Assembly (NCBI GenBank): GCA_039804105.1
Contig: JBDRZU010000001.1
Span: 288,001 to 352,000 of the forward strand
Direction: 5' to 3'
Length of the DNA stretch: 64,000 nucleotides
Origin: a candidate division WOR-3 bacterium
GTDB taxonomy: Bacteria > Hydrothermota > 32-111
Shown: one piece after another, positions 48,964-59,067 of the stretch
Position numbering within the stretch: position 1 is the first letter of the stretch
Layout: each line of letters begins with the position of its first letter
The notes under the pieces: generated by a model
Told to the model about the DNA's origin: nothing
Seen by the model: the letters and a program-made list of their open reading frames with translations, nothing else
Database searches by the model: none
Position numbers and translations under genes: made by a program

Positions 48964-49985
48964 TACATACTTCTTAAAATTCTAATCCTTGATTCTATCG
49001 GTGGATGTGTTGAAAATAAAGCAGATGACTTTTTAGAAAAATCCTTGAAAGGGTTAGCAATGAACATATGTGCTGTTGCTCTTGAAGCAGTTTCAAGTTT
49101 TAAGGATGATTGAGCAATCTTCTCTAAAGCAGAAGCAAGACCTTCAGGATTCCTCGTATATTCAACCGCTTTAGCATCAGCCATTAGTTCTCTTTTTCTT
49201 GAAATTGCCATCTGGATCAATTTTGCAAGAATTGGTGCTATAATAGCCAAAACGATGGCTACAACTAAAATTATTAAACCAAAATATCCACTACTGTTTT
49301 CCTTTCTCTCTCTCCTACCCCTTCCTCCCCAGAACAGGTATCTTAAAAGCCAATCTGATAACATAACTATTGTGCCGACTATCACTCCAACAAGCATAGA
49401 AAATCTTATATCAAGATTTGCAATATGCGACATTTCATGTGCGACAACTCCTGCGAGTTCTTCTCTGTTGAGTTTTTTTAGAAGGCCTCTTGTGATCGCG
49501 ATTGCACCATCTTTTGGATTTTTCCCTGTTGCAAAAGCATTTAACGCATTACTTTCAATTATATATGTTTCAGGGGTTGGAAGACCAGCAGCAAGTGCTA
49601 TCTCCTCCACAATATTAACAAACTGTGGTTCTTCATCTTTTGTAACCTTTCTGGCACCAGAAATTTTAAGAACAATTGTTTTTCCCATGTTGTAGGAGAT
49701 CAATGTTGTAACAATTGATACAATAAAGGCAAGTATTGGCCCCAAATAACCTAAATCAAATATATAACCGAATAAAAATCCAAAGCCGATCAGAAAAACA
49801 AAAAGAAAAAATATCAAAAGAACAGAATTTCTTTTGTTAGCACTTTGAATGTTATAAAAATTTTCTTTCTTATTATAACTTAGATCAGATAGTTGCGCAC
49901 TATCCAAAGGTGTGTCACATAAAGCACATTTTTTTCTCATAATATTATTGTAAAATCCACATCTTGGACAAATTTTTGCTGCCAT
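48963..49985 (-). CDS. htpX: M48 family Zn metalloprotease HtpX with an N-terminal zinc finger
   Basis: NAFATG, EELAGVVAHEMSH (HExxH), SRKRE..AD, LASALEKI, FSTHPP...RI; follows lemA. Confidence 0.9.
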   Translation of the reverse strand: MAAKICPRCGFYNNIMRKKCALCDTPLDSAQLSDLSYNKKENFYNIQSANKRNSVLLIFFLFVFLIGFGFLFGYIFDLGYLGPILAFIVSIVTTLISYNMGKTIVLKISGARKVTKDEEPQFVNIVEEIALAAGLPTPETYIIESNALNAFATGKNPKDGAIAITRGLLKKLNREELAGVVAHEMSHIANLDIRFSMLVGVIVGTIVMLSDWLLRYLFWGGRGRRERKENSSGYFGLIILVVAIVLAIIAPILAKLIQMAISRKRELMADAKAVEYTRNPEGLASALEKIAQSSLKLETASRATAHMFIANPFKDFSKKSSALFSTHPPIESRIRILRSM

Positions 49986-49992
49986 AATTCTC

Positions 49993-50547
49993 CTATCTTA
50001 AATCAACTTTAACATTCTGTCTTTCAGTTTCAGGAATAACAAAGAACTCCATCTGTTTAAAGTTAAAAATTGCTGCAATTATATTCGTTGGGAAAGTTTC
50101 AACCATTGTGTTGAACTGCATAACAGAATCATTATAGAATTGTCTTGCATAGGAAATTCTATTTTCAGTTGAAGTCAACTCTTCTTGTAATCTCATAACA
50201 TTCTCGTTAGCTTTAAGTTCAGGATAATTTTCAACTACTGCAAATAAAGATTTTAAAGCACCAGAAAGCATATTTTCTGCCTCTGCTTGTGCTTTTACAC
50301 CTTTTGCATTCATTGCAAAATTTCTTGCTTCAATAACTTTTGTTAATGTTTCCTGTTCATACGACATATAATCTTTTACAACTTCAACAAGATTTGGAAT
50401 AAGATCATATCTTCTTTTTAACTGTACATCTATCTGGGACCATGCATTCTTTACGCGATTTTTTTCTTTTACAAGATTATTATAAATCCCGATTATTGCA
50501 AGGATGATTACAAATAGAACAATACCAACAATGATTAAAATAATCAT
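49993..50547 (-). CDS. lemA: LemA family protein
   Basis: YNNLV, AWSQIDVQLKRRYDLIPNLV, ENYPELKA, EELTSTENRISYARQFYND. Confidence 0.96.
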   Translation of the reverse strand: MIILIIVGIVLFVIILAIIGIYNNLVKEKNRVKNAWSQIDVQLKRRYDLIPNLVEVVKDYMSYEQETLTKVIEARNFAMNAKGVKAQAEAENMLSGALKSLFAVVENYPELKANENVMRLQEELTSTENRISYARQFYNDSVMQFNTMVETFPTNIIAAIFNFKQMEFFVIPETERQNVKVDLR

Positions 50548-50567
50548 TTTTCCTCCTTTTTAAAAAA

Positions 50568-50655
50568 CGGAGAGGCTGGGATTCGAACCCAGGATAGAGT
50601 TTCCCCTATACATGATCTCCAATCATGCTCCTTCGACCAACTCGGACACCTCTCC
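50568..50655 (-). tRNA. tRNA-Ser (anticodon GGA), CCA not encoded
   Basis: Acceptor GGAGAGG/CCTCTCC, G73, CATGA-TT-GGA-GA-TCATG, long variable arm, TTCGAAT. Confidence 0.95.
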
Positions 50656-50668
50656 AAAATTTAAAGAA

Positions 50669-52882
50669 CTAAAAAAGATGAAAATATACCATTAGACCTG
50701 CAGTAACTATTGAAACTATACTCATCAACTTTATCAAGATATTTAAAGATGGCCCTGCTGTATCTTTCAATGGATCACCAACAGTGTCACCAACAACAGC
50801 GGATTTGTGGTTTTCACTTCCTTTACCTCCAAGTTCTCCACTCTCGATATATTTTTTAGCATTATCCCATGATCCACCAGCATTTGCCATCATTATTGCT
50901 AAAACAAAACCACTCCCAAGTGACCCCGCAAGAAGCCCATAAACTCCCGGAACCCCTATCGTTAATCCAACAAAAATTGGAACTATAACAGCAAGCAATG
51001 CAGGTAGGATCATTTCTTTTTCTGCTGCTTTTGCTGCGATCGAGACACATTTTTCATAATCAGGTTTATTTTTACCTTCAAGTATACCTGGGATCGTATG
51101 AAACTGTCTTCTGATTTCATCCACCATCTTTGTTGCTGCTCTTCCAACTGCGTTTAAAGTTAAACCTGAAAATAGAAATGGCATCATAGAACCGATCATA
51201 ACTCCAACTATCACTTTCACATTCATAAGATGAACATCATAAACAAGAAGGACATCAACAATATCCATCGACTTGATTTCTGTAAGTGACAGAAAATTGT
51301 TACCTATATCTACAAAGCCATTTGAATTCTGAGCAATCCTGATTAGAGCAGCTCTAATCGCTTCAGAAAATGCTGCTATTAAAGCAAGTGCGGTTAAAGC
51401 AGCAGAACCTATTGCAAAACCTTTTCCAGTTGCTGCTGTTGTATTACCCAAGGAATCCAATGCATCGGTTCTTTCCCTTACTACTTTATCAAGTTTACTC
51501 ATCTGAGCATTTCCACCAGCGTTATCAGCGACAGGGCCATAAGCATCAGTTGCAAGTGTTATTCCTAAAGTTGATAACATTCCAACCGCTGATAGAGCAA
51601 TACCATAAAGTCCCAATGTAATATTTCTAAAATCAAAATTTGATGAGAAAAGATAAGAAACAACTATTCCTGTAACTATGACCAAAACGACAAAACCTGT
51701 TGATATCATAGATTCTCCAAATCCAGCAAGAATAACTGTCGCTGTACCTGTTTTCGTTTGATCGGCCACAAATTTTGTTGGTTTATATGAAAAAGATGTG
51801 TAAATTTCTGTGATCCTTCCTATAAACACTCCAACGATTAGACCTGTGATTAATGATAACCAGAAATTGAAATATTTTATCGTAGAATCTTTAAATAAAA
51901 GCCACATTAGAAGAAATGATAAAACAAATATTAAAAAAGTTGATATATTTATCCCTTTGTTCAGTGACTGAATCAGATGAATCTGATCAGCATTCTCTTT
52001 GGTTTTTATAAAAAATATTCCAATAATTGAAGAGATTATTCCAATCGCTGCTACCATCAACGGCAAAAGAACAAGTTTTAAAGATAGAGCTGTTGATGAT
52101 GACAAAGAGATCGCAACAGCAGCACCCAACGAAGCAGCAGAAAGGATCGAACCACAGTAACTCTCATAAAGATCAGCACCCATACCTGCAACATCACCAA
52201 CATTATCACCTACATTGTCAGCTATAACAGCGGGATTCCTCGAATCATCTTCCGGGATCTCAGATTCTATTTTACCAACAATATCAGCTCCAACATCAGC
52301 AGCTTTTGTAAATATTCCACCACCAACTCTTGCAAAAAGTGCCTGTGAGGAAGCACCCATACCAAATGTTAGTATCGTTGCGGTTATAATGTATAAATCA
52401 TTTTGATAAAATAATCTTAAGATGAAAAACCATACAGTTATATCAAGGAGTCCAAGACCAACAACTGTGAGTCCCATTACAGCACCCGCTCTAAAAGCAA
52501 CTTTCAACGCTTCATCAAGTGATTTTTTTGCTGCCTGTGCTGTTCTTGAACTTGCCTGCGTTGCAGTGTTCATACCTATAAAACCAGCAAGTCCTGAAAA
52601 AAATCCACCTGTGAGAAAAGCGAATGGAGTCCATAATGATTGAAGTTTCAAAAAGTATGAAACTATAAAAAGAATGATAAATACAAAAATGAAAAAAATT
52701 CCTACAGATCTATACTGTTCCTTTAAATAAGCAAAAGCACCTTTCCTTACTATGGATGAAATCTCTTCCATCTTTTCATCACCCTTTGGATGCAATTGCA
52801 TATTTCTATAAAAAATAAACGCAAAAACAAGTGATAACAATGAACCAAAAAATGGTAACAACAAGAATAAATTATCATTCAT
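50669..52882 (-). CDS. hppA: Membrane-bound cation-translocating pyrophosphatase (K+-dependent type)
   Basis: [75 protein letters not shown] before ATG 52882. Confidence 0.96.
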   Translation of the reverse strand: MNDNLFLLLPFFGSLLSLVFAFIFYRNMQLHPKGDEKMEEISSIVRKGAFAYLKEQYRSVGIFFIFVFIILFIVSYFLKLQSLWTPFAFLTGGFFSGLAGFIGMNTATQASSRTAQAAKKSLDEALKVAFRAGAVMGLTVVGLGLLDITVWFFILRLFYQNDLYIITATILTFGMGASSQALFARVGGGIFTKAADVGADIVGKIESEIPEDDSRNPAVIADNVGDNVGDVAGMGADLYESYCGSILSAASLGAAVAISLSSSTALSLKLVLLPLMVAAIGIISSIIGIFFIKTKENADQIHLIQSLNKGINISTFLIFVLSFLLMWLLFKDSTIKYFNFWLSLITGLIVGVFIGRITEIYTSFSYKPTKFVADQTKTGTATVILAGFGESMISTGFVVLVIVTGIVVSYLFSSNFDFRNITLGLYGIALSAVGMLSTLGITLATDAYGPVADNAGGNAQMSKLDKVVRERTDALDSLGNTTAATGKGFAIGSAALTALALIAAFSEAIRAALIRIAQNSNGFVDIGNNFLSLTEIKSMDIVDVLLVYDVHLMNVKVIVGVMIGSMMPFLFSGLTLNAVGRAATKMVDEIRRQFHTIPGILEGKNKPDYEKCVSIAAKAAEKEMILPALLAVIVPIFVGLTIGVPGVYGLLAGSLGSGFVLAIMMANAGGSWDNAKKYIESGELGGKGSENHKSAVVGDTVGDPLKDTAGPSLNILIKLMSIVSIVTAGLMVYFHLF

Positions 52883-52914
52883 AAGCACTCCTCAGATTTT
52901 TATTCAATTTTTTT

Positions 52915-52942
52915 ATTATATTGTTTAACAGGTAGTTGTCAA
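52915..52942 (-). promoter_or_regulatory. Consensus sigma70 promoter of hppA
   Basis: TTGACA-N16-TATAAT. Confidence 0.75.
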
Positions 52943-52945
52943 TAT

Positions 52946-53740
52946 TTAGAATTTGAAACTCTTTATAAAACCAACTTCATCTGTAAAATTGTCATCAAAC
53001 ACAAGTTCTTTTGTTTTAAGTATATGATAAAAATTCACAATGTTTAGTTCATTATTTAATTCCGATATGTACAGGAATCTTTTCTTTTCTTTTTCGGCTT
53101 TTTTCTTCTCTTTTAAAACTTTAGAAGATTTGCCTATAAGTACAAGAGGAAATACTGTTATGTTCAGTTTTTCGATTCTGATTTTTAAATATTCTAAAAA
53201 ACTTTCATCGATTATATCAAAATTAAGTAATTTCAAAAGAGTGACTGGATTTTTATCGTTGCTTTTAAAAAGGATGTTAAAATCTTCCTCAATTCCTTCT
53301 TCAAAAAAAGTTATGGATACTGAAGGTTTCAAAGTTCTAATAAAAAGTTTTCTGTAATCTTTTTCAATATTAGATAAATCAATAAAAAGATCTATTTCTT
53401 TTAATTTTTTTTTAAACTCAAATATTTTTTCAAGTTCTTGAAATTTAATTGGTTTTGGTTTTACTAATTCTTCAATATTTTCTTTATGAAAAAGATCTTT
53501 ATAAAGAGTAAAATATGTTAATATAAAATAATAAACGTTAAGATTTTTAAGTTTGTGTTTTAAACTTCTATCAAAAGTCAAAAAACTGTTTAGAGAATTG
53601 ATTTCGTTGTTCCAGATAACTACAACATTATTTATTCCATCAAACAAAGTTGAAGTATTTATCTGTTTTTTCCATTCTGTTCCAATACTTTTGACCTTTT
53701 TCTTCAGAAAATAGTTTTCAAGAATCTTGATCATTTTCAA
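52946..53740 (-). CDS. Hypothetical protein (weak resemblance to a GT9-like N-terminal Rossmann domain)
   Basis: Intact 264-aa ORF in an operon; IDLFIDLS segment. Confidence 0.5.
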   Translation of the reverse strand: MKMIKILENYFLKKKVKSIGTEWKKQINTSTLFDGINNVVVIWNNEINSLNSFLTFDRSLKHKLKNLNVYYFILTYFTLYKDLFHKENIEELVKPKPIKFQELEKIFEFKKKLKEIDLFIDLSNIEKDYRKLFIRTLKPSVSITFFEEGIEEDFNILFKSNDKNPVTLLKLLNFDIIDESFLEYLKIRIEKLNITVFPLVLIGKSSKVLKEKKKAEKEKKRFLYISELNNELNIVNFYHILKTKELVFDDNFTDEVGFIKSFKF

Positions 53741-53981
53741 TAAACTCCCGTAATATAGGTTTTAAAAATATATCTCCCCTCTCACTTAAAATATCTTTCA
53801 GAATCTTTTTATAAATCTCTAATCTATTTTTTAAAGGTAAAATTCTATTTAAGATTATATATTCTTTATCCTTATATTTACAATAACCACCATCCTTCTG
53901 AATATTGTCATATCTTATAACAATTCCTAAGGAGTCAAAAAGTTCTTCAAACTCTTTTAAAATTTCTTTGTTCTTACTCAT
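53718..53981 (-). CDS. Small hypothetical protein
   Basis: LGIVIRYD...GGYC.Y....IILNR.LP...IFLKP.LRE; overlaps both neighbouring genes. Confidence 0.6.
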   Translation of the reverse strand: MSKNKEILKEFEELFDSLGIVIRYDNIQKDGGYCKYKDKEYIILNRILPLKNRLEIYKKILKDILSERGDIFLKPILREFIENDQDS

Positions 53982-55801
53982 TTTAGAACCTTCACCTTTC
54001 CTTTTATTAAACCATGTATTTCAATCTCATCAAAAGAGATTATTTCCAATAGATTGTTTATTAGATCCTCTGTAAAAATCTGCCCTGGAATAATCAAGGG
54101 AATTCCAGGAGGATATGGAACAAGCATGTTCGATGATATTCTTCCCTTCGCATTTTTTAAGTCAATCCATTCTCCTTTTGATTGGTATGCCTCAAATGGT
54201 GGAATGGTGGCTTCAAGATCGTTCCATATAAATTGAATCTCTTTCTCTTTCAAATCTCTTTTTTCATATTTAAAATCCTTTAAAACTTTCAACAACCTTT
54301 TTACCATATTCTGCGTTGTTCCAACTCCTAAAAGTAATGTAAAACTGTTATAATTTATTTTTTCAACAACAATTCTGTTTTTTAAAAGGTATGAGTATAT
54401 CTGTTTCTTACCGATACCTGTATTTGAAAAATTCACAAGGATCCTTGTATAATCGAAGAGTATTTCGTTTATGTTCTGATAATATCCTTTAAGGTATGAT
54501 CTTTTTAATACTTTAAAATCGTTTAAAGCATCTATTTCAATAACAAGTTGTTCATAATATTTTTTTAGTTTTTCCAAAATCATCTTACCTTCACAGGAAA
54601 GTAGTTTCCTTGCAACATCAATACTTGCAACCATTGGATAAAAAGGAGAAGTAGATGAAAAAAACATATAATTTTCAAAAAACTCATACTTTTTTTCTTT
54701 AAAATCTTTGTCGTTAACATGTATAACCGATGCTTGAGAGAAAGCACCCATAACTTTATGTGTAGATTGAACAACATAATCTGCACCACTCTGTAAAGCA
54801 TCAGGATAATAGTCATGGTGGAAATGCATATGTGCTCCCCATGCCTCGTCAACAAGAACTTTGATTTTATATTTGTGCGCAACAGATATTATTTCCGGTA
54901 AATTGTACCTTAAACCATCATAAGTGGGAACAGTTAAAGCAAGTAATTTTGCGTCTTTATTATCCTCTATACATTTTATGACTTCCTCTTTTCTTGTAGG
55001 CAATATTATTCCAAATTCTTTGTTAAAATTTGCTTTTAAAAATACAGGTAAAGCACCTGAAACTATTATTGAATGGATCGTCGATTTATGAATGTTTCTA
55101 TCAACTATTACCTTATCACCTTTATCAAGAAGTGTCATAAAAATTATTTTATTTGAGGTTGATGTTCCATGAACATTAATAAAAGAATACAGAGTCCCAT
55201 ACGCTGTTGAAAGAAGTTTTTCTGCTTCTTTAAATACACCGTTGTGAGAAAGTAATGAACCAAAAGATGGATCTGAAACAGAAGTGTCAGTCAAAAATAT
55301 ATTGTTTTTATAAAATCTCTTAAAATCTCTTACCGATGTATATTTTTCAAATGCTTCCCCTCCAACATGTCCAGGTGTATGCCATCTCTGTTTTTTACTA
55401 CGTGCCAGTTTTTTTAAAGAATTGAAAAACGGGGTATTGTATCTTCTTTCATAAAAAAATTGGATTATTAAATTTTTTAAATCTGAAAGTTCATAAAAAT
55501 ATTTAATGTTTCTGTTAACGATGTTAGGTTTAAATTTATAATCAAAAATAAAAATTTCACTTTGATTGTTATAGAAAAGAAGAGTGTTGATTATATCATC
55601 CTCAAATTGCTTTACATCTACAATAACACCATCATACATCAATTTATCCAATCCAGGTTCAGAGTAGATAAATTTACTTATCAATCTTATTTTGAATTTT
55701 GTACGGTTATAGATAACTTCCTCTCCATCAAGAAAGTTATATTTTACCTTTTTCTTACGATCATCAGTAACAACAATAAGATCATAGTTTATAATAGTCA
55801 T
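53978..55801 (-). CDS. Orn/Lys/Arg decarboxylase (fold-type I PLP enzyme)
   Basis: HTPGHVGG, GTSTSNK, DRNIHKS, PTYDG, VDEAWGAH, QSTHK (PLP Lys), STSPFYP..ASID, PYPPGIP. Confidence 0.92.
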   Translation of the reverse strand: MTIINYDLIVVTDDRKKKVKYNFLDGEEVIYNRTKFKIRLISKFIYSEPGLDKLMYDGVIVDVKQFEDDIINTLLFYNNQSEIFIFDYKFKPNIVNRNIKYFYELSDLKNLIIQFFYERRYNTPFFNSLKKLARSKKQRWHTPGHVGGEAFEKYTSVRDFKRFYKNNIFLTDTSVSDPSFGSLLSHNGVFKEAEKLLSTAYGTLYSFINVHGTSTSNKIIFMTLLDKGDKVIVDRNIHKSTIHSIIVSGALPVFLKANFNKEFGIILPTRKEEVIKCIEDNKDAKLLALTVPTYDGLRYNLPEIISVAHKYKIKVLVDEAWGAHMHFHHDYYPDALQSGADYVVQSTHKVMGAFSQASVIHVNDKDFKEKKYEFFENYMFFSSTSPFYPMVASIDVARKLLSCEGKMILEKLKKYYEQLVIEIDALNDFKVLKRSYLKGYYQNINEILFDYTRILVNFSNTGIGKKQIYSYLLKNRIVVEKINYNSFTLLLGVGTTQNMVKRLLKVLKDFKYEKRDLKEKEIQFIWNDLEATIPPFEAYQSKGEWIDLKNAKGRISSNMLVPYPPGIPLIIPGQIFTEDLINNLLEIISFDEIEIHGLIKGKVKVLK

Positions 55802-55808
55802 AAATTGT

Positions 55809-55836
55809 ATTATCTATAAAAGTTTTTTTAAGTCAA
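55809..55836 (-). promoter_or_regulatory. Putative promoter for a leaderless decarboxylase transcript
   Basis: TTGACT-N16-GATAAT, 7 nt to ATG 55801, no SD. Confidence 0.45.
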
Positions 55837-55844
55837 GAAAAGTT

Positions 55845-57119
55845 TTAACAAAAATAGGTATAACCTTTAACATCTTTTATTTTAAGTTTTAATACTTTAA
55901 ATTTTTCTATATCTTTGTTTTTGGTAACAACAATATCATCAATGTCAGGCGCATCTTCAATCAACCTTCCATAAGTATACTCATTATCTGAATAATAAAA
56001 AACAACATTTTTGTATTTACCAATATTTGCCTTCATCTTCTCGATCGCAATTTTTTTATTGATATTTATCAACTTGTTAAACCTTTCAATCTTTTTAGAA
56101 AAATCTATAGTATTCTCGATTTCCTCATTTTCGTTCGAGTACAGAAAAAGCCCAAGTTTATCTATATATCCTCTTTTTATAAAATCCTTCAACTTTTGAA
56201 AATCTCTTTCTTTTTCTTGAGGAAAACCAACTATAAAAGAACTTCTCAAAATAAGTCCTGAGTTTTTTATCATATTGGAAATTTCAAAAACATCGATGTT
56301 CTCTCTTTTCATAGATTTTAAAACATCATATGAAACATGTTGGAACGGAACATCGATGTATTTGATAAAACTTTTTGATTCTTTTATTGCAGAAACAATA
56401 TCATTTATAGCATTATCAGGATAAACATATAGAAGTCGGAATAATCTATCAGGGAAATTTTTATCCAACTTTTCAATAAGTTTTAGAATCATTCTCCTTT
56501 TATAAAGATCAACTCCATAAAGTGAGGAATCCTCTGATATCAGTTCAAACTCCTGAAAGCCTTTCTTTGAAAAATTCTCGACCTCTTTTAAAATCTCTTC
56601 TATTCTTTTACTCCTTAAAGTGCCTCTTATTGATGGAATTTTGCAAAAAGAACATTTTCGGAAACATCCTTCAGAAATCTTTATATAGGTGTGGAATCTG
56701 TTTAAAGGATATCTTTCAGAACTAAAAAAGATCTTTGTATTATCATTCAACTTTATCAATTTTTTTTTCGAATTTAAATTTTCAAGAATAAAATCTTTAA
56801 ACTGTCCACTTTCGGTTCCAATAAAAAGATTTATATTTGGAAATATTTTGAAAACTTTATCCTTAAACATTTGGACATAACATCCAATGAGTATAACTTT
56901 TTTTGTTTTTGAAATTTTTTTTGCTATCTTTTCACTCTCAACTCTTGCATCATTTATAAATGAACAGGTATTTATAAGAACAAAATCAGATCTGTCAATA
57001 TCTTCAACGATCAAATGTCCTTCTTTTGTTAATTCTCCCAACAAATACTCAATATCAACCTGATTTTTTGAACAACCAAGAGTTAATGGAAAAAATGAAA
57101 AATTTTTTTTACTTTTCAA
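55845..57119 (-). CDS. rimO: Radical SAM methylthiotransferase, RimO-like
   Basis: LGCSKNQVD.E, INTCSFI..A..ES, GC, YIKISEGCFRKCSFC.IP.IRG, RLLYVYP, Y.D.PFQH, GR...DAPDID (TRAM). Confidence 0.85.
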   Translation of the reverse strand: MKSKKNFSFFPLTLGCSKNQVDIEYLLGELTKEGHLIVEDIDRSDFVLINTCSFINDARVESEKIAKKISKTKKVILIGCYVQMFKDKVFKIFPNINLFIGTESGQFKDFILENLNSKKKLIKLNDNTKIFFSSERYPLNRFHTYIKISEGCFRKCSFCKIPSIRGTLRSKRIEEILKEVENFSKKGFQEFELISEDSSLYGVDLYKRRMILKLIEKLDKNFPDRLFRLLYVYPDNAINDIVSAIKESKSFIKYIDVPFQHVSYDVLKSMKRENIDVFEISNMIKNSGLILRSSFIVGFPQEKERDFQKLKDFIKRGYIDKLGLFLYSNENEEIENTIDFSKKIERFNKLININKKIAIEKMKANIGKYKNVVFYYSDNEYTYGRLIEDAPDIDDIVVTKNKDIEKFKVLKLKIKDVKGYTYFC

Positions 57120-59067
57120 TTAAAAGTTTTATCCTGTTTATTAAGTTTATATCATTTGCAAAGAATAATGCCTGTTGAGCAATTATAGAAGCATTTTCTT
57201 TTTCATCAAGAGCATAATGCGTTTCAGCAAGTTCTGTCAAGACAAGGGCAACCTTTTCTCTATTATCCTGATAGAGAACAAGTGCTTTTCTGAAATATTC
57301 TTTTGCCTGTGAGTACATTTTCAATGAAAAAAATTTTTCACCTAAAAATCTGTTTAATTCTGCTTCAATAAAAATATCACCACCATCATAATTCTCAACC
57401 AATTTTGTGAGTTTTTCAATATCATTTTTTTGAGAATAAATTGCAAATTGCAAAATTAACAAGGAATCTGAAAAAATGTTTTTTATCTTTAACTTCTTAT
57501 CGATCAAAATAAGTGCTGCATCATAATTACCAATATTTTTAAGTGAATTTATTAAAATATATTCGACCTCATCCTTATAAAATCTCATATTATCTGAAAA
57601 ATCTTGGATAACATTTATAACAAAGGTGTAATTCATTTGATTTTTGTAAGCATAATTCAAAAGAAGATAAAATATTTTACACACTTTTTCATTTGAAAAA
57701 TCCATACTTTTAAAAAAGGTTGTTATAAAATCTACTTTTAAATTTTCATAAATAAAAGGAATATTTTTTTCAAATATCTGAAAAACTTTTTCACCTCTAT
57801 TAAATTCTATTAGGTAGTTCTTAAGATAGTAAATCTTTAAAGAATCTGAATCGGTTTCTTCTATAATTCTTTCATAAGCGTTCTTTTTGAAAGGATTATT
57901 TTTTTCATTATTTATAAAAGATATGAACGACTGAATACTATCAGGATACAAACCATCTTTATAATCTACAAAATATTTCAAATAAATCATCTTGTCTTTT
58001 ATAAAATCTGGATAATTTCTTTTTGTAAGGTACTCTTTGAATTTTTTATAGTTTTTTAAATTGAAATATGACTCAGCGATCATTTGATCAGCATATATTG
58101 TTAACTCATCTTCAGGAAATTCAGTCGAAAAATTTTCAAGTTTTTTTATCGCTTTTTTATAATCACCTTTGAGAAAAAATCCTTTACCATCTAAAAAGAG
58201 AGCATTTTTTTTAAAATCTGATGATATTTTCGATTCTCTGAAAACATTCAGAAAGTTTTCCATTTTATCATAATCCCCAAGCATAAAATAATTTTTACCA
58301 GCAAGATAATATGCGTTACCCAAAAGTATCGAATCAAATTTTTCATTTAGAATGACCTGGTTTACAAAATCAAGTGATTTTTTAAAATATCCTTTTTTAA
58401 ACAAAATCTGACTTTTTATGTATACAACATAATAATAGTCCTTATCTTCAAGATATTTGGCAAGAAAGAGATCACAAAAGTAGTCCAATTTTTCATAATT
58501 TTTCTTCATAAAGTTCAGGTTTATATATGTTTTAAAGATTTCGGGATAGTTAACAAAATTTTCAAACTCTTCTATCGTCTTGATGCAATCATCATACTTT
58601 TGCAATTTGTACAATGAAATTATTTTTAAAATATTCGAAAGATCACCTTTAAATTCTGATGATATTTTTAAACTGTTTTCTAGATCATTAAGATAATAGT
58701 AAGAATAACCTTTGAAAATGTAAAAAATAGTTTTTAAAGAATCTTTTAAAAATTTTGGTTCATAAGAAACTATAATATCGAATTTCTTTTCTTTAAAATT
58801 ATTTTTCAAATAAAGATACTCTTGAACATAATTTTGAGTCAATTTTCCTACATTGATTAAAGAATCATTAAACAAAATGAATCTATCCATTTTTGATAAA
58901 ATTTCAAGTTGTTGAACACTTTTAGTATAGAGAACCTTTTCGAAATCGATTTCTTTATTAAAAAAGTTCTTAATATTTTCAGAATCATCAAAATATTGCC
59001 ATAAAGCAAACACTCTGATAAAGGGGAAAATAACCAACGATATTTTAAGTGACCTGAACAAGTTCAT
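57109..59067 (-). CDS. Tetratricopeptide-repeat protein, probably exported
   Basis: Repeated TPR-like helices (AYYLAGKNYF..GDY, ALFLDGKGFF.KGDY..AI); hydrophobic N-terminus from Met at 59067. Confidence 0.7.
   Translation of the reverse strand: MNLFRSLKISLVIFPFIRVFALWQYFDDSENIKNFFNKEIDFEKVLYTKSVQQLEILSKMDRFILFNDSLINVGKLTQNYVQEYLYLKNNFKEKKFDIIVSYEPKFLKDSLKTIFYIFKGYSYYYLNDLENSLKISSEFKGDLSNILKIISLYKLQKYDDCIKTIEEFENFVNYPEIFKTYINLNFMKKNYEKLDYFCDLFLAKYLEDKDYYYVVYIKSQILFKKGYFKKSLDFVNQVILNEKFDSILLGNAYYLAGKNYFMLGDYDKMENFLNVFRESKISSDFKKNALFLDGKGFFLKGDYKKAIKKLENFSTEFPEDELTIYADQMIAESYFNLKNYKKFKEYLTKRNYPDFIKDKMIYLKYFVDYKDGLYPDSIQSFISFINNEKNNPFKKNAYERIIEETDSDSLKIYYLKNYLIEFNRGEKVFQIFEKNIPFIYENLKVDFITTFFKSMDFSNEKVCKIFYLLLNYAYKNQMNYTFVINVIQDFSDNMRFYKDEVEYILINSLKNIGNYDAALILIDKKLKIKNIFSDSLLILQFAIYSQKNDIEKLTKLVENYDGGDIFIEAELNRFLGEKFFSLKMYSQAKEYFRKALVLYQDNREKVALVLTELAETHYALDEKENASIIAQQALFFANDINLINRIKLLIEK

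Noticed and set aside
38709..50590. Near-identical tRNA 3' ends flanking the protease region, resembling attL/attR of an island
   Set aside because: Both copies belong to complete, different tRNA-Ser isoacceptors; no integrase or mobility gene lies between them
41854..54882. Short alternative-frame minus-strand ORFs (41854-42069, 50862-51050, 54580-54882)
   Set aside because: They are nested out of frame within intact genes, with no motifs and no sign of frameshifting
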